From: Azolla caroliniana | Taxonomy: Eukaryota > Plantae > Polypodiophyta | Assembly: GCA_043228905.1 (NCBI GenBank) | Contig: JBHGNT010000015.1 | Coordinates: forward strand, 11,036,001 to 11,100,000 | Direction of reading: 5' to 3' | DNA: 64,000 nt | The notes under the pieces: model-generated | Database searches by the model: none | What the model was told of the DNA's origin: nothing | Seen by the model: the letters and a program-made list of their open reading frames with translations, nothing else | Shown here: piece by piece, positions 38,798-49,269 of the stretch | Numbering within the stretch: position 1 is the first letter of the stretch | How the letters are laid out: every line of letters starts with the position of its first letter | Translations under genes and position numbers: made by a program

Positions 38798-41700
38798 CCA
38801 TGTTGGCCGCCTTCCCTTTAGTTGCCTTAGACGCCAACAGTTGCGGCCGTTTAGAGGCCATTTTCGGGGTGCCTTCGGTTGTTCTTCCTCGCTTCGTGGT
38901 CTTGACGGGCTCGATAGATGGCGCCAATAGGGTGAGCCATTGCGCCACCGCCGTCCATATCTTCCGACCCTCCTTTCCTTTGACTAAGTGGATGGCCGCA
39001 CAGAAGCCATCCGCAATCAGTACCGCCCAGTCCACCATCACGCCTTCATATGTGGCTATGATTAAGCCGGCCCGGTTCTGGGGCATGCACGGGGGTCGAG
39101 GGTACACATGTCCAAATTCATGGAGCACACGGGAATCTCTCGAAAGAGTGGATCTTCGTCGCCCTGTGTCCGGTAGGCCTTGCTTGCCAGAGAGTATTCC
39201 CCAAAATATTTTCGGAGCTGTTCTGGGGTAGGGTTGTCGATATTGAAGATTCCCCCTTTCGGAAGGCCAATCAACACATGGATGGCCTCCTCAGTAATCA
39301 GCTTCGTGTCGATTTCTTTGAGGATCTTCTCCGCGTCCCGGTGCGGTGGCGCCTCCATGATGGTGAGGAAACCCTCTAAGCCGTGTTGCCTTAGCCACTT
39401 CTTGGCTGTTTCAGAGAGTGCTTGGCAGTCCATGGCTTCGTCGAGGTCAGTGAGCGTTGGTGAGGGTTGTGTGTGAGGAGTCTCTGTGTGCGTGTGCTCG
39501 CGTCTGCTAATCTTCAATCGCCTATCTGTGTTTGTGCTCCTCTGTTCGCGAAATGTGAGGGTTTCTATGTGGCGGGGGTCTTCTTGTTGCATGTTGGTGT
39601 CTGTTTTTTTTTTCTTACCCGTGTGTGTGCACGACGTGTACTAAAATAGAATGCCGTGCCATGTGGCGGCGGTTTAATACCTTATTAATATCCCACTACG
39701 TACCTTTTCAAAGTGCCTGTTCACTCCTTGTTTTTGCATGTGTTTGTTCACCCCTCGCCCTTGCAAGATTTACTTTGATTTGATTTGATTTGATTTTGTT
39801 TTTTTGTTCTTTTTTTTTTTTTGATAAAGATGGTTTTGTTAATTCGCATCTGGTCCTACTGGACCCCTATCCGGTCCCGCTGGACAGCTTGCCGTTGCGT
39901 CGTTGTTGTCGTTTGCCGGCTCGTGATTACTATAGTGGCCTTCTTGCTGGCAATAATAGCAGTATGGCTTCCGTGCGTTGCTGGATTCAGCGGGTGTGGT
40001 TGCTGGAGGACCGGGGGTAAGTGCTTGGATTTCGTCTGGTTGGTTGCTCGGAGCGCCCTTTTCCGGTTCTCGTGGATGACCCCCCTTTTTGTTGAAATGA
40101 TGTTTCTTACTGAAATTCTTTTTGTTGCAGTAACCTTGACGGTGTTGGTCGTCATACTTGCCATAGTCGTCCCTTCGGTGGTTGTAACCAGGAGAGTGAT
40201 CCCAGTTGTATCTCTCATACCGTCCATTATAGTCCCGATATCTATCCTGTCTGTCATACCGGTCATAAGCGTCTCTTCGATCGCTGTACCGGACATCTTG
40301 TGCCGGTTGGTAACGCTCCTCTCGCCGCCAGCGTTCTTCTTCTTCCTCCTCGTTGCTCCGTGGTTCAATTTGTCGGACCGGTGGTGCTTGCCGATTTAAC
40401 AAGTTATACTCACACCATTCCATTGTGTGACTTCTAGAGTGGTAGAGCAAGCATTGGGAACGCATGGTGCATTCCAGCGCCAAATGTCCGGCATTCAGGC
40501 ATGTCATACACTGAACTGCTTGCCGGAAACGGAGGTCCTCTTCCGTTGGTAGTGCCCGCTGAAGGGCGCCCATGGTTAGCCATGAACTTGAGATTTCCAT
40601 TTCCCGAACTCAGTCGATCACTTGATCTATGCTGCTGGTGCGGAAATCAATAACGGTGGACACCGTACGTAAGGGTTCCCAGAGGGCTACTAAGAATATG
40701 GCCTTTGTTTCTTCCTCCGGTGGTGTCCGGCTGAGCTGACTGTGGATCCACTGGAACCGGATGACCAGCAGCATATCCCTCATCTTCGACTTCTACACTG
40801 AGTAGTTGGAGCCGGTGAGCTTGAACATGCCGCCGAACGATTCTTCCATTTTTTGTGTTGTTTGCTCTGATACCAATTGATGAGAATAGCGCGGAATATT
40901 GCTCGGCCACAACCGAGTCTTGAACACTTCTATGAGAATGGAGAACACAGAAATGGGAACTAAAGAGTGAACACAAGATGTTTACGTGGAAAACCCTAAA
41001 TGGGAAAAACCACGGGAGCCCACAAACTCCGAACTATCACTATGAAGATAAGGGGTTACAATCAGAGACTCGTAGGCAACGACCTCGAGCTCGGTTTCTT
41101 CGCTAGGCGGCGGTTGGCGGCGGTTACAACAGAGTATCGATATGTATCTCTCTCTCCCTCTCTCTGTCGCTCTCTCTAATGATACAGCACCCAAATCGAC
41201 ACGCAGAGATTTTTCGGCTTGGAAACAAGCGGCAAGTAGAGTTCTTTACTGCTTTGCGTCCTGTGTCAGTGACCAGCTCTTGAGCTACATTCGGGATGCT
41301 AAGACGCCAAAGGATGCGTGGGTGAATCTCATGGGAATTTTCACCGCTAGCACAACGGGCAAGAAGCTGCAGCTCGCGCAGGAGCTCAGCAATGTTCGAT
41401 AGAAAGATCTGTCCATGGACGATTACACGGCCCGAATCAAGGAGATCTGCGACTCTCTGGCCTCTGTCAACGTGAACGTCGAGGAGGACGAAATGGTGCA
41501 AGTTTTCCTTGGAGGATTAGCATCAAAGTTTGGAGCATTCCGAACGGCAATCTGCACAAGGGAGAATACGCCTTCGTTCTTCAAGCTTCAGTCGATGTTG
41601 CTCGTGGAGGAAAATCACGCGGGTGCGTCGATGAGTACGCACGCCAACGGCAGGATGTTGTACACGGAGGAAGATAGGCCCCATGGTCGTGGCTGACGAG

Positions 41701-44700
41701 GCAAATTGGCGAGCAATGGAGGCGGCCTAAAAGAGCAGAACGTCCAGCATAATCGAAATGCCGAAAGCAATTTTGAACCCTCCAAAAGCAAGGGGAGTCA
41801 TAGCGGCGCCGGAAGCCAGCAAGAGAAAGGTACGAAGGATTGTTGGTACTGTGGCAAGAAAGGCCACAGAGAGAGCGAGCATTGGAAGAAGAGAGCCAAT
41901 TTAGACAAAGTTGGATCAAGCGGAAGAGACGTAGGAAGGCGTCAGAAATCGCACTACGCCGAGGGCTCCGAATGAGCCCGAAATGGATTGGGCCCAGCCT
42001 TCATAATGAAGCAAAAGGCCAATTCGATGGCCGTGAACACCTCAAAATCAAGCGAGGTGTGGTATGTTGATTCCAGAGCGTCGAATCATATGACGAGTCA
42101 CGAGGAATGGTACTCATACTTGGAGAAACCGAAAAAGCAAGGAGTGGTCGAAATTGGAGACGACACTTCGAATACCATCGAACATGTCGGGGAAGTTCCC
42201 CCTAGCCACGTCGGGCAGAAAGGGAAACTCATGAACGTGATGCACGTCTTGACAATAACCAAGAACCTGGTGTCGGTCGGTCAGATCATCGACCAGGGGA
42301 TGCAAGCTCGATTCACGCACCTCAGGTGCTACATCAAAGAGGAAGGCCAAGTTATCGCGCAAGGGCGCCGTGAAGGGAGGATGTTCATCCTCGACACCAA
42401 TCAAGTCGGAACCGTGTTGTTCGCGAAAGGACAGAAGGTCAAGTCGGATATGGACCTATGGCACAAGCAGTTTGGCCACGTTAACTTCCCACGGCTTCGT
42501 GAAATACAAATGAAGAATATTGTTTTCGGATTGCCAAAATTTCGGGGCCGTAATGGCCAAGTTTGTGAAGCCTGCCAACTAAGGAAGCAACACTGACTTC
42601 CATTCCCCAATGAGCGTAATCGTAGTCAAAATCTGTTGGATGTGATCCATTCGGATGTGTGGGGACCGACACTGAATGTGAGTTTCGGTGGTAGCCATTA
42701 CTTCATAACCTTCATCAATGAATTCACTCAGCATACTTGGGCATGTACGATCACGAAGAAAAGCGAAGTCTTCGCATGTTTCCTGAAGGTAAAGAACCTT
42801 GCAGAAAGGGAAACAGTGCGTAAGATCAAATGCCTACGGTCCAATGGCGGGAATGAGTTCTTCTCTGACCAGTTCACAAGTTATCTACAAAAGGAGGGAA
42901 TTCGACGTGAATTCTCGTGTAGATATACGTTGGAGCAGAATGGCGTAGTCGAATGGAAGAATCGGACAATCGAAGAAGTCGCTAGGGCAATGCTTGAAGA
43001 GAAGCACATGCCGAAGTTTTACTAGGCTGAAGATGTGAGGACGGCTGTTTATTTGCAAAATCGGACTTTTGCAAATGGAGGAGTGTCGCCACATGAGTTG
43101 TATTTCGGGAAGAAGCTGAACCTGGCACACTTGAGGATTTTTGACAACATTGTGTATGTGCATATGCCAAAGGAGAAAGGAGGAAGTTGGACGCCAAAAC
43201 CGAGAAGTGTGTGTTGGTCGGTTATTCAGACGAACAAAAGGGGTATAACTGCGAACAAAGGAAGTTCGTGTAAGCAGAGATGTCATGTTCGACGGGTCCG
43301 CTTCGTGGTACTTGCCTCCACCTCCAATATCTCATAACTCCATTCCGAATTTTGAGGATGAGCTACTCTACGTGATGAACAAATTGGAACTCTGATAGAG
43401 TCTAATCTCATTTCGGCTAAGCGGGCTGAATGAGGGGTTGGGTTGAGATGGCCAACCAAATGAAGAGACGGCGAGTAGTGGAGACTCAGTCGTGTTGTCC
43501 CCGCGTAAAGAACCAAGGAGACGGTTTACGCGTAAAGAAAAAGGCAAGAAGAAAATTCTGGAATACGATTTCGGCAGTGCCGAGTCAGATCGGAACGAAT
43601 CTGACTTCGGGCCAATCGAGAAGGAATCTCCGTGAAAGAGGTCAAAATCGACCAAAAAGGTCGTGAAATCGGGTAATCACGAATTACGCCGATCTACCTG
43701 CCCGAAGAACCCCATAAAAAGATACGGGTACAATGAATACATGGCACACCATTACGCATACATGACACGAGTGGCGGAAGTGCGTGAGCCGGAGAGCTAC
43801 GTAGAAGCGGTAGAAGACGCAAACTAGCATGTCGCGATGGAGGAAGAGATGCGTGCATTATCGGATAATGAGACTTGGGACTTGGTTGACACACCTAAAG
43901 GTGTTAACCCAATCGGATGCAGATGGGTGTTTAAGGTGAAATACAACACCGACGGCTCGGTCAACCGATATAAGGCCCATTTGGTTGCGAAAGGCTACGC
44001 GCATAAAGCACAGCATAGATTACAACGAGACCTTCGCACCAGTCGCAAAGATGACTACCGTGCGAGTTCTGCTAGCCGTAGCAGCGGCGAAGGGGTGGTA
44101 ATTACATCATATGGATGTACAAAATACATTCCTGCAAGGCAGTCTTGAGGAACAGGTGTACATGGTACAGCCCCCCGGATTTCTATCCAAACTGAACACT
44201 TCGGCAATCTGCAAATTGAAGAAGGCGTTATACAGACTTAAACAAACCCCGTGAGCTTGGAACGTGAAGATTGCACAACAGTTGCGTAGAATGAGGTTTA
44301 CGACGTCCAAATCGGACTCTTCGTTGTTTGTTCAGCAAGGTCGACAAGGACCGATTTGTCTTTTACTTTATGTTGATGATTTAGTCATCCCCGGTGCCAA
44401 CCTGGAAGAAATCGGCCGCGTCAAGTCTCAACTCGCAGCATCTTTGGAAATGAAGGATCTTGGAGACCTTCATTACTTCCTCGGGATCGAGGTGATCCGT
44501 TACTCCAAAGGCATATTGATCAGCAAGCGTCACTACGCGTTGAATATTGTCTTAGTTATCCAAACGGCTTGATCAATCAATTTATGTCGCAGCCCACGGC
44601 CGATCACTTTCAATGCGCACAAAGGATATTGTGATATGTCAATGGCACCAAGGACATGGCGTTGCTATATCGAGCAAGTGTAGCCGAATAGTTAGTTGGC

Positions 44701-46098
44701 TACATGGATGCCGATTGGGCCAAAAATGCCCACGATCGTAGATCCACATCCGGATACGCATTCTCATTGGGGAGTGTTGCAATCGCATGGAGTAGTAAGA
44801 AACAACCGACAGTAGCGATGTCGAGCGCGGAGGCCGAATATCGAGGGGGGACTATCACTACGTGCGAAGTCATTTGGCGGAAATGGCTATTACGGGATCT
44901 GCATGTGGAGGCGTCCGATCCGACAATGATCTATTGTGACAACCTCAATGGTATCCACCTTGCGAAAAAACTTGTATTCCATGCCCAGACCAAGCACATT
45001 GAGATGCACTACCATTTTGTCCGCGAGTGTGTCCTTTCTCATGAAGTTGAACTAGCGTATGTTCCCACGGGTCAGCAGATTGCCGACATCTTCACCAAGC
45101 CCCTTGGTTTCGATAAGTTGCGGCATTTCTGGGGTGATCTGGGTTTGTGTCACCTCGACACGCCGAACTTGAGGGGGAGACAACAGGAGCATGAACGTGA
45201 AAGGAGCGGTAATGACCGCGATGCCGAGACGGATGAGGAATTCGATTTCGGGCCGGCTGAAGAAGTTGAAGAAGAAAATAGGGGTCGTAATCACAAGGAA
45301 GAGCCGAAGATAGCTGAACAAAGGGGAAATACAGCCAAGAAGGGCGTAAAGGCCAAGACCAAGACGTGGTCTAATGTTGTCAAGGGCCTGAAAACAAAAG
45401 ACGAATTGGAGACACCCAATTCGGGCGAAAGTGGAATTGAATCGGTAGTGACCGATTCAATCGAAATGTTCGATTCGGACATTACGAATCAACTAAGGGA
45501 CAAGCAGAGGAAAGGGCAACAAAAGAGTCTTTGACACCACGATAGCAAGCGAGCTGAGAAGGGCCACATGAGTAGACAAGCAGACCGGAAGGGTTGAAGT
45601 GCGCGGAATTGAACAGGTCGAGGAGCGCGGGCAAGGCGTGAAGCCAAGAGAAGTCGGAGCGAAGATCCGGAAAAGCAGATGGAACCTCAAGTTGAGCTTG
45701 ATGGGGAGTGTTGAGAAACAAGCTCAACATTGGGTGCGTAAATGCGTGCGTAACCCAGTGCATAGATTGGGTGCGTAAAACCATACGCACAATATGGTCG
45801 TGGCGGTGTGTAAACTGAGGGGCCGTTAGAATGTTATTCCTCATAAGGAATAATTTTGGGAGTAAGTGTAGGATGCTCATTTATGAGCGGTCAAGTACTA
45901 TAAGCACTTGTGTCAGCCCAATAGTCAAGGCTTGTATAAAAGGTGCTCGTTGAGCACGAAGTATGTACAAAGAACATACATAGAATTATTTTTTAATATA
46001 GTTTCGTTTTTTTCTCTCTCTGTCTCTCCCTTTGTGATTTCTACTTTTACCGAACTATCGTACTTCCGAACCGTGTACTCCGTGTCTTTCGCATACGC

Positions 46099-46673
46099 TG
46101 TCGTGGAGAATTTCGGCCCGAGGCGGAAACCGAGAAACATTGGCTACATTAGCGGGGTGCAGCATGTGTGCTCACCCATATACATTTAGTGTGAATAACG
46201 AGGGCGCCTTTATGGCGCCGGAGAGTAGTCAAGTCGGGACAGACGATCCCATGTAAGTCGGGATTTATCCCACATTGTAACGCATCCCTCTCCTTGTTCT
46301 ATAAAAGGAAGGGAGCGCCCTTTGTGAAAGGGGTTGCCCATTTTGCGTTAGAGGGTATACCGTTAGATTTAGGGTTAGTTATCCTTCTTCTTCTTCTTCT
46401 TCTTCTTCTTCCCCCTTTGTGTTTGCTTAGGGTTTGCTTTGGCTCGGCCTCCTGTGCAAGACCCCGCTCAGCATGACGAGCCGAGAGCTCCCTGACGGCG
46501 GCTTGACAGCAGACGACTGTTGTAACCTACCTTGGTCCGGCTCGAAGCCGGGAATGTATTCTTCCTTTTATATATATACATTTGCGTCTTTTTGTGTATA
46601 TTCGCGTCTCTGTTGGTGTCGGGTGCTTCCCCTTTCCTGCGTTTCCTGTACATGAGGGCGTGAGTCGGGTCGG

Positions 46674-46707
<34 letters not shown>

Positions 46708-46828
46708 CGAGTCGATGTCAAGCGCGCGCTCCCTCTCTTTCTCTCTCTCCCTTCGGTTGCTTCCGGTGTGTTTTTGGGATGCCCCCGTGGTCCCGCCTTT
46801 CTCCACGTACGCGCGTAACAACGCGACA
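46099..46828 (+). mobile_element. Solo LTR, same family as 33835-34631, TSD ACGC, inside the copia 3' LTR
   Basis: TGTCGTGGAGAA...ACGCGACA, with ACGC at 46095-46098 and 46829-46832. Confidence 0.92.
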
Positions 46829-48624
46829 ACGCTTCCGCACACGTATTCTTTTACACCTTGCTCCACAATTTGGCTGACCAAGACCAAATTCTTTGTTATT
46901 GTGGGCATGTGCAAGACATTCTTGATGCAATTGTTTTGGATGTCGTTGCCGAATGGAACGTTGCCGATGTGCTGAATGGGATGTGTGGTGTCATCTCCCG
47001 TCTCTATGAAGTTGGGTTGATCCGGCGTTCTTAAGGCACGAAACCACTCTTGGTGTGATGGCATATGATGTGAGGCGTCGGAATCAACAAACCACATGTC
47101 TTCCGAGTTGGAGGTGCTTGTGGAGTCAGAGGCCGTCATAGACTTCGCTCTATGTCTCATTACGAATAGTCCACTATAGTCGTCGTATTCAGAGTTGGTG
47201 CCGTAGTTTGTGAGTTGTCTGCTTGTTGAAACCGAATCACTTCTCTTCTTCCGACACTCCTCTTCGCAATGGCCGATTTGGCCGTAATAGTTGCAAGTGG
47301 TGGGCCTCGTTTGCCGACCTTGTTCAGCATGGAAGCTCCCCCTTCTTCCGAAGGTTCCTTGATGGCTTCCATCTTCTTGTCGAAGGTTTGAGTTCCCTTC
47401 GTGAGATGGATCGAATTGACCTCTTCTACTGCCTCATCCTCGTCCTCAACCACCATCCGAATTCGAGAAGAACATTTGTCCTTTCGATGTCTTGGTCTTG
47501 GTTCAGATGTAGTTCTCTTTGACCAATAGCATTGATTGAAGGTCGAAGAACAAAGGAGGGTTTTCTCTCTCTAGGATAGCCATCCTTATCGGGTCGAACC
47601 AATGTGTGAGGTCGCCCAAGCATACTTGAACCATCTCGTCTTCGTCGATGTTTACGTTGATGGAGCCAAGAGAGTTGCAAATGCTCTTGATCTTGGCGGT
47701 GTATTCCGACACGGACATATCTTTTTGTCGTATGTTGTTCAATTCTTGCCGGAGTTGAAGCTTGCGTGCCATCGTATTGGCGGCGAAAATCTTCTTGAGA
47801 TTCTCCCACGCCTCTTTAGGTGTCTTGGCATCTCGAATGTGGCTAAGCATGTGTTCATGGACACATGTTGCCAAGCAATACATTACCCGGCTCGCTCCTT
47901 GCTCCCACGTTGGGTAGTTAACGTTTGTGATGTAGGGTTTGTTTTTTAGTGCACCAGTGATGTAGCTCCAATACCCTTGGCCGACTAGGTATTGGTTCAT
48001 CTTGTACTCCCAAGATGAATAATTGCTCCGGTTTAGCTTTTCACTAGGGAGTGAACTACCCATTTGTGTGTTCATGTTGATGTAATGTCTTCCTTCTTGG
48101 CTTTTCCTCCTTTGGTCACGTACACGTGCTACGTAGCGGCACTAGGGTAGCGGATAGCCGGATTTGTCGTCAACCTCTCAAACACACAATCACGAAGAGT
48201 CGGGTGGGCTTAGTGGATGTGCTAAACCACACGCTTTGATACCATGTTAATAATTAGGTAATTAAGCAAGGATTAATTAACATCTAATTATGTGAGTGGT
48301 TGATAAGCGGAAGATTATGAGATATGTGTATGTATGTGTGTGAGAGGAAGAGAGAGACAGGAAGTTACACTTATGAACAATATTATGGGGGGTGATTAAC
48401 GAGAGTGTATATTAAAAGGCATCATCAAATACAAACATACCCACAATGAGGTATATATACATCTCATGTGCAAAGGTGCACATGTGTGAGTAGAATATAG
48501 GTACAAAGGTGTAAGTCCTATATTAAATGAACATGGGAGTGGAGGATCTACAATGTATCCCACTCAAGTTACGTGTGTTGACTAACTAACTAAATCTAGT
48601 TGAGCTTGATATCTCAACACAATG

Positions 48625-49269
48625 CATAGACAAGTCAAGAAGAGTTAAGTCACCATAACTCTCAACATGTTTCCCCTTTAGATTTCCCCAAATTTTAGCA
48701 CATGCACGCGCTTTCTCTTGCGTTTGGAGAAATTGTTGAGTAACATCCCATATTCTTCTCTTGCTTTGGATAAGCCTTTTGTACTCATGCAAATGCTTTT
48801 GATAATTTTCTTTATCTTTAACTACATCCAAAATCATAAGGCACTTTCAAGCTTCATGTCATTCTTTATCAAACCATTTTTTCTTTGAACCACATTTCTT
48901 GATACATTTGCAAGATGTGTGCTTGGTCGAAAAACATTTGTTTGTGCATGAGAGAAGGACTTTGCATTCTAGTGTGGCACCATGTTGTATCGTTGTCATT
49001 TGTAACATGTCGTCAACCATCTTGGAATACATGGGCAATCGCTTAAGGTTTATCCTAAAGTGGGGTTGTTCATTATCTTCAATGGCCTTCTCATAATCAA
49101 ACATATTCATACATTTGAGGTCAATACATAAAACCCTATGATCGGATTCCGGTGCCCATTCACCAATTGAGAACTTAATATGCATATGATCCAAAATACT
49201 TTCGGAAAGTAGCACATAGTCAATCACACTATTTCCATTGTGTTTTATGCATGTAAAACCATTGGTGTT
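48625..49269 (-). mobile_element. 5'-truncated LINE fragment (end of the endonuclease plus linker), same family as 49270-52425
   Basis: ORF 48859-49227 closely parallels 51063-51626 (IDYVLLSE..ESDHR). Confidence 0.85.

Larger units (their letters stand above)
28389..40750 (-). mobile_element. Pol-less gypsy-like element: gag with two zinc knuckles (39839-40600), extra PMD-like/coiled-coil ORF, 3' LTR 28389-28838; 5' end lost
   Basis: LTR TGTTACCC...GATTAACA with CTATATAAAG on -. Knuckles CMTCLNAGHLALEC and CYYCQQEGH. The extra ORF rejoins in frame across the 31077-38797 insertion (AAN|TDQAAK). Confidence 0.75.
26013..41177 (-). mobile_element. Tnt1/Tork-like copia copy 2: short 3' LTR piece 26013-26083, RH/RT/INT to 28388, gag start ~40750-40863, partial 5' LTR 40878-41177; middle replaced by gypsy insertions plus a deletion
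   Basis: Near-duplicate of 18435-20520 and 25380-25780. GCTCTGATACCA at 40864-40875. Confidence 0.8.
18060..46855 (+). mobile_element. Ty1/copia element (same LTR family as 4389-4787): 17-bp remnant of the 5' LTR at 18060, coding region 41178-45534, 3' LTR 45709-46855, TSD CCTTG
   Basis: CCTTG at 18055-18059 and 46856-46860. Removal restores host QIVEQG|MQVHF. TGTTGAGAGACAGGCTC matches TGTTGAGAAACAAGCTC. gag, PR, INT, RT (LLYVDDL) and RH (DADWA..RRSTSG) fragments. Confidence 0.88.
10556..48619 (-). mobile_element. Outer Ty1/copia element: 5' LTR 48245-48619, 3' LTR 10556-11023, TSD CAATG; RT/RNase H deleted; ~34 kb of nested insertions
   Basis: Paired LTRs, with CAATG at 10551-10555 and 48620-48624. 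PBS TGGTATCAAAGCG near 48232-48244. PPT CTTGAGGGGCCG next to 11023. gag 47503-48075, PR ~46860-47160, INT 17080-18053. Confidence 0.93.
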
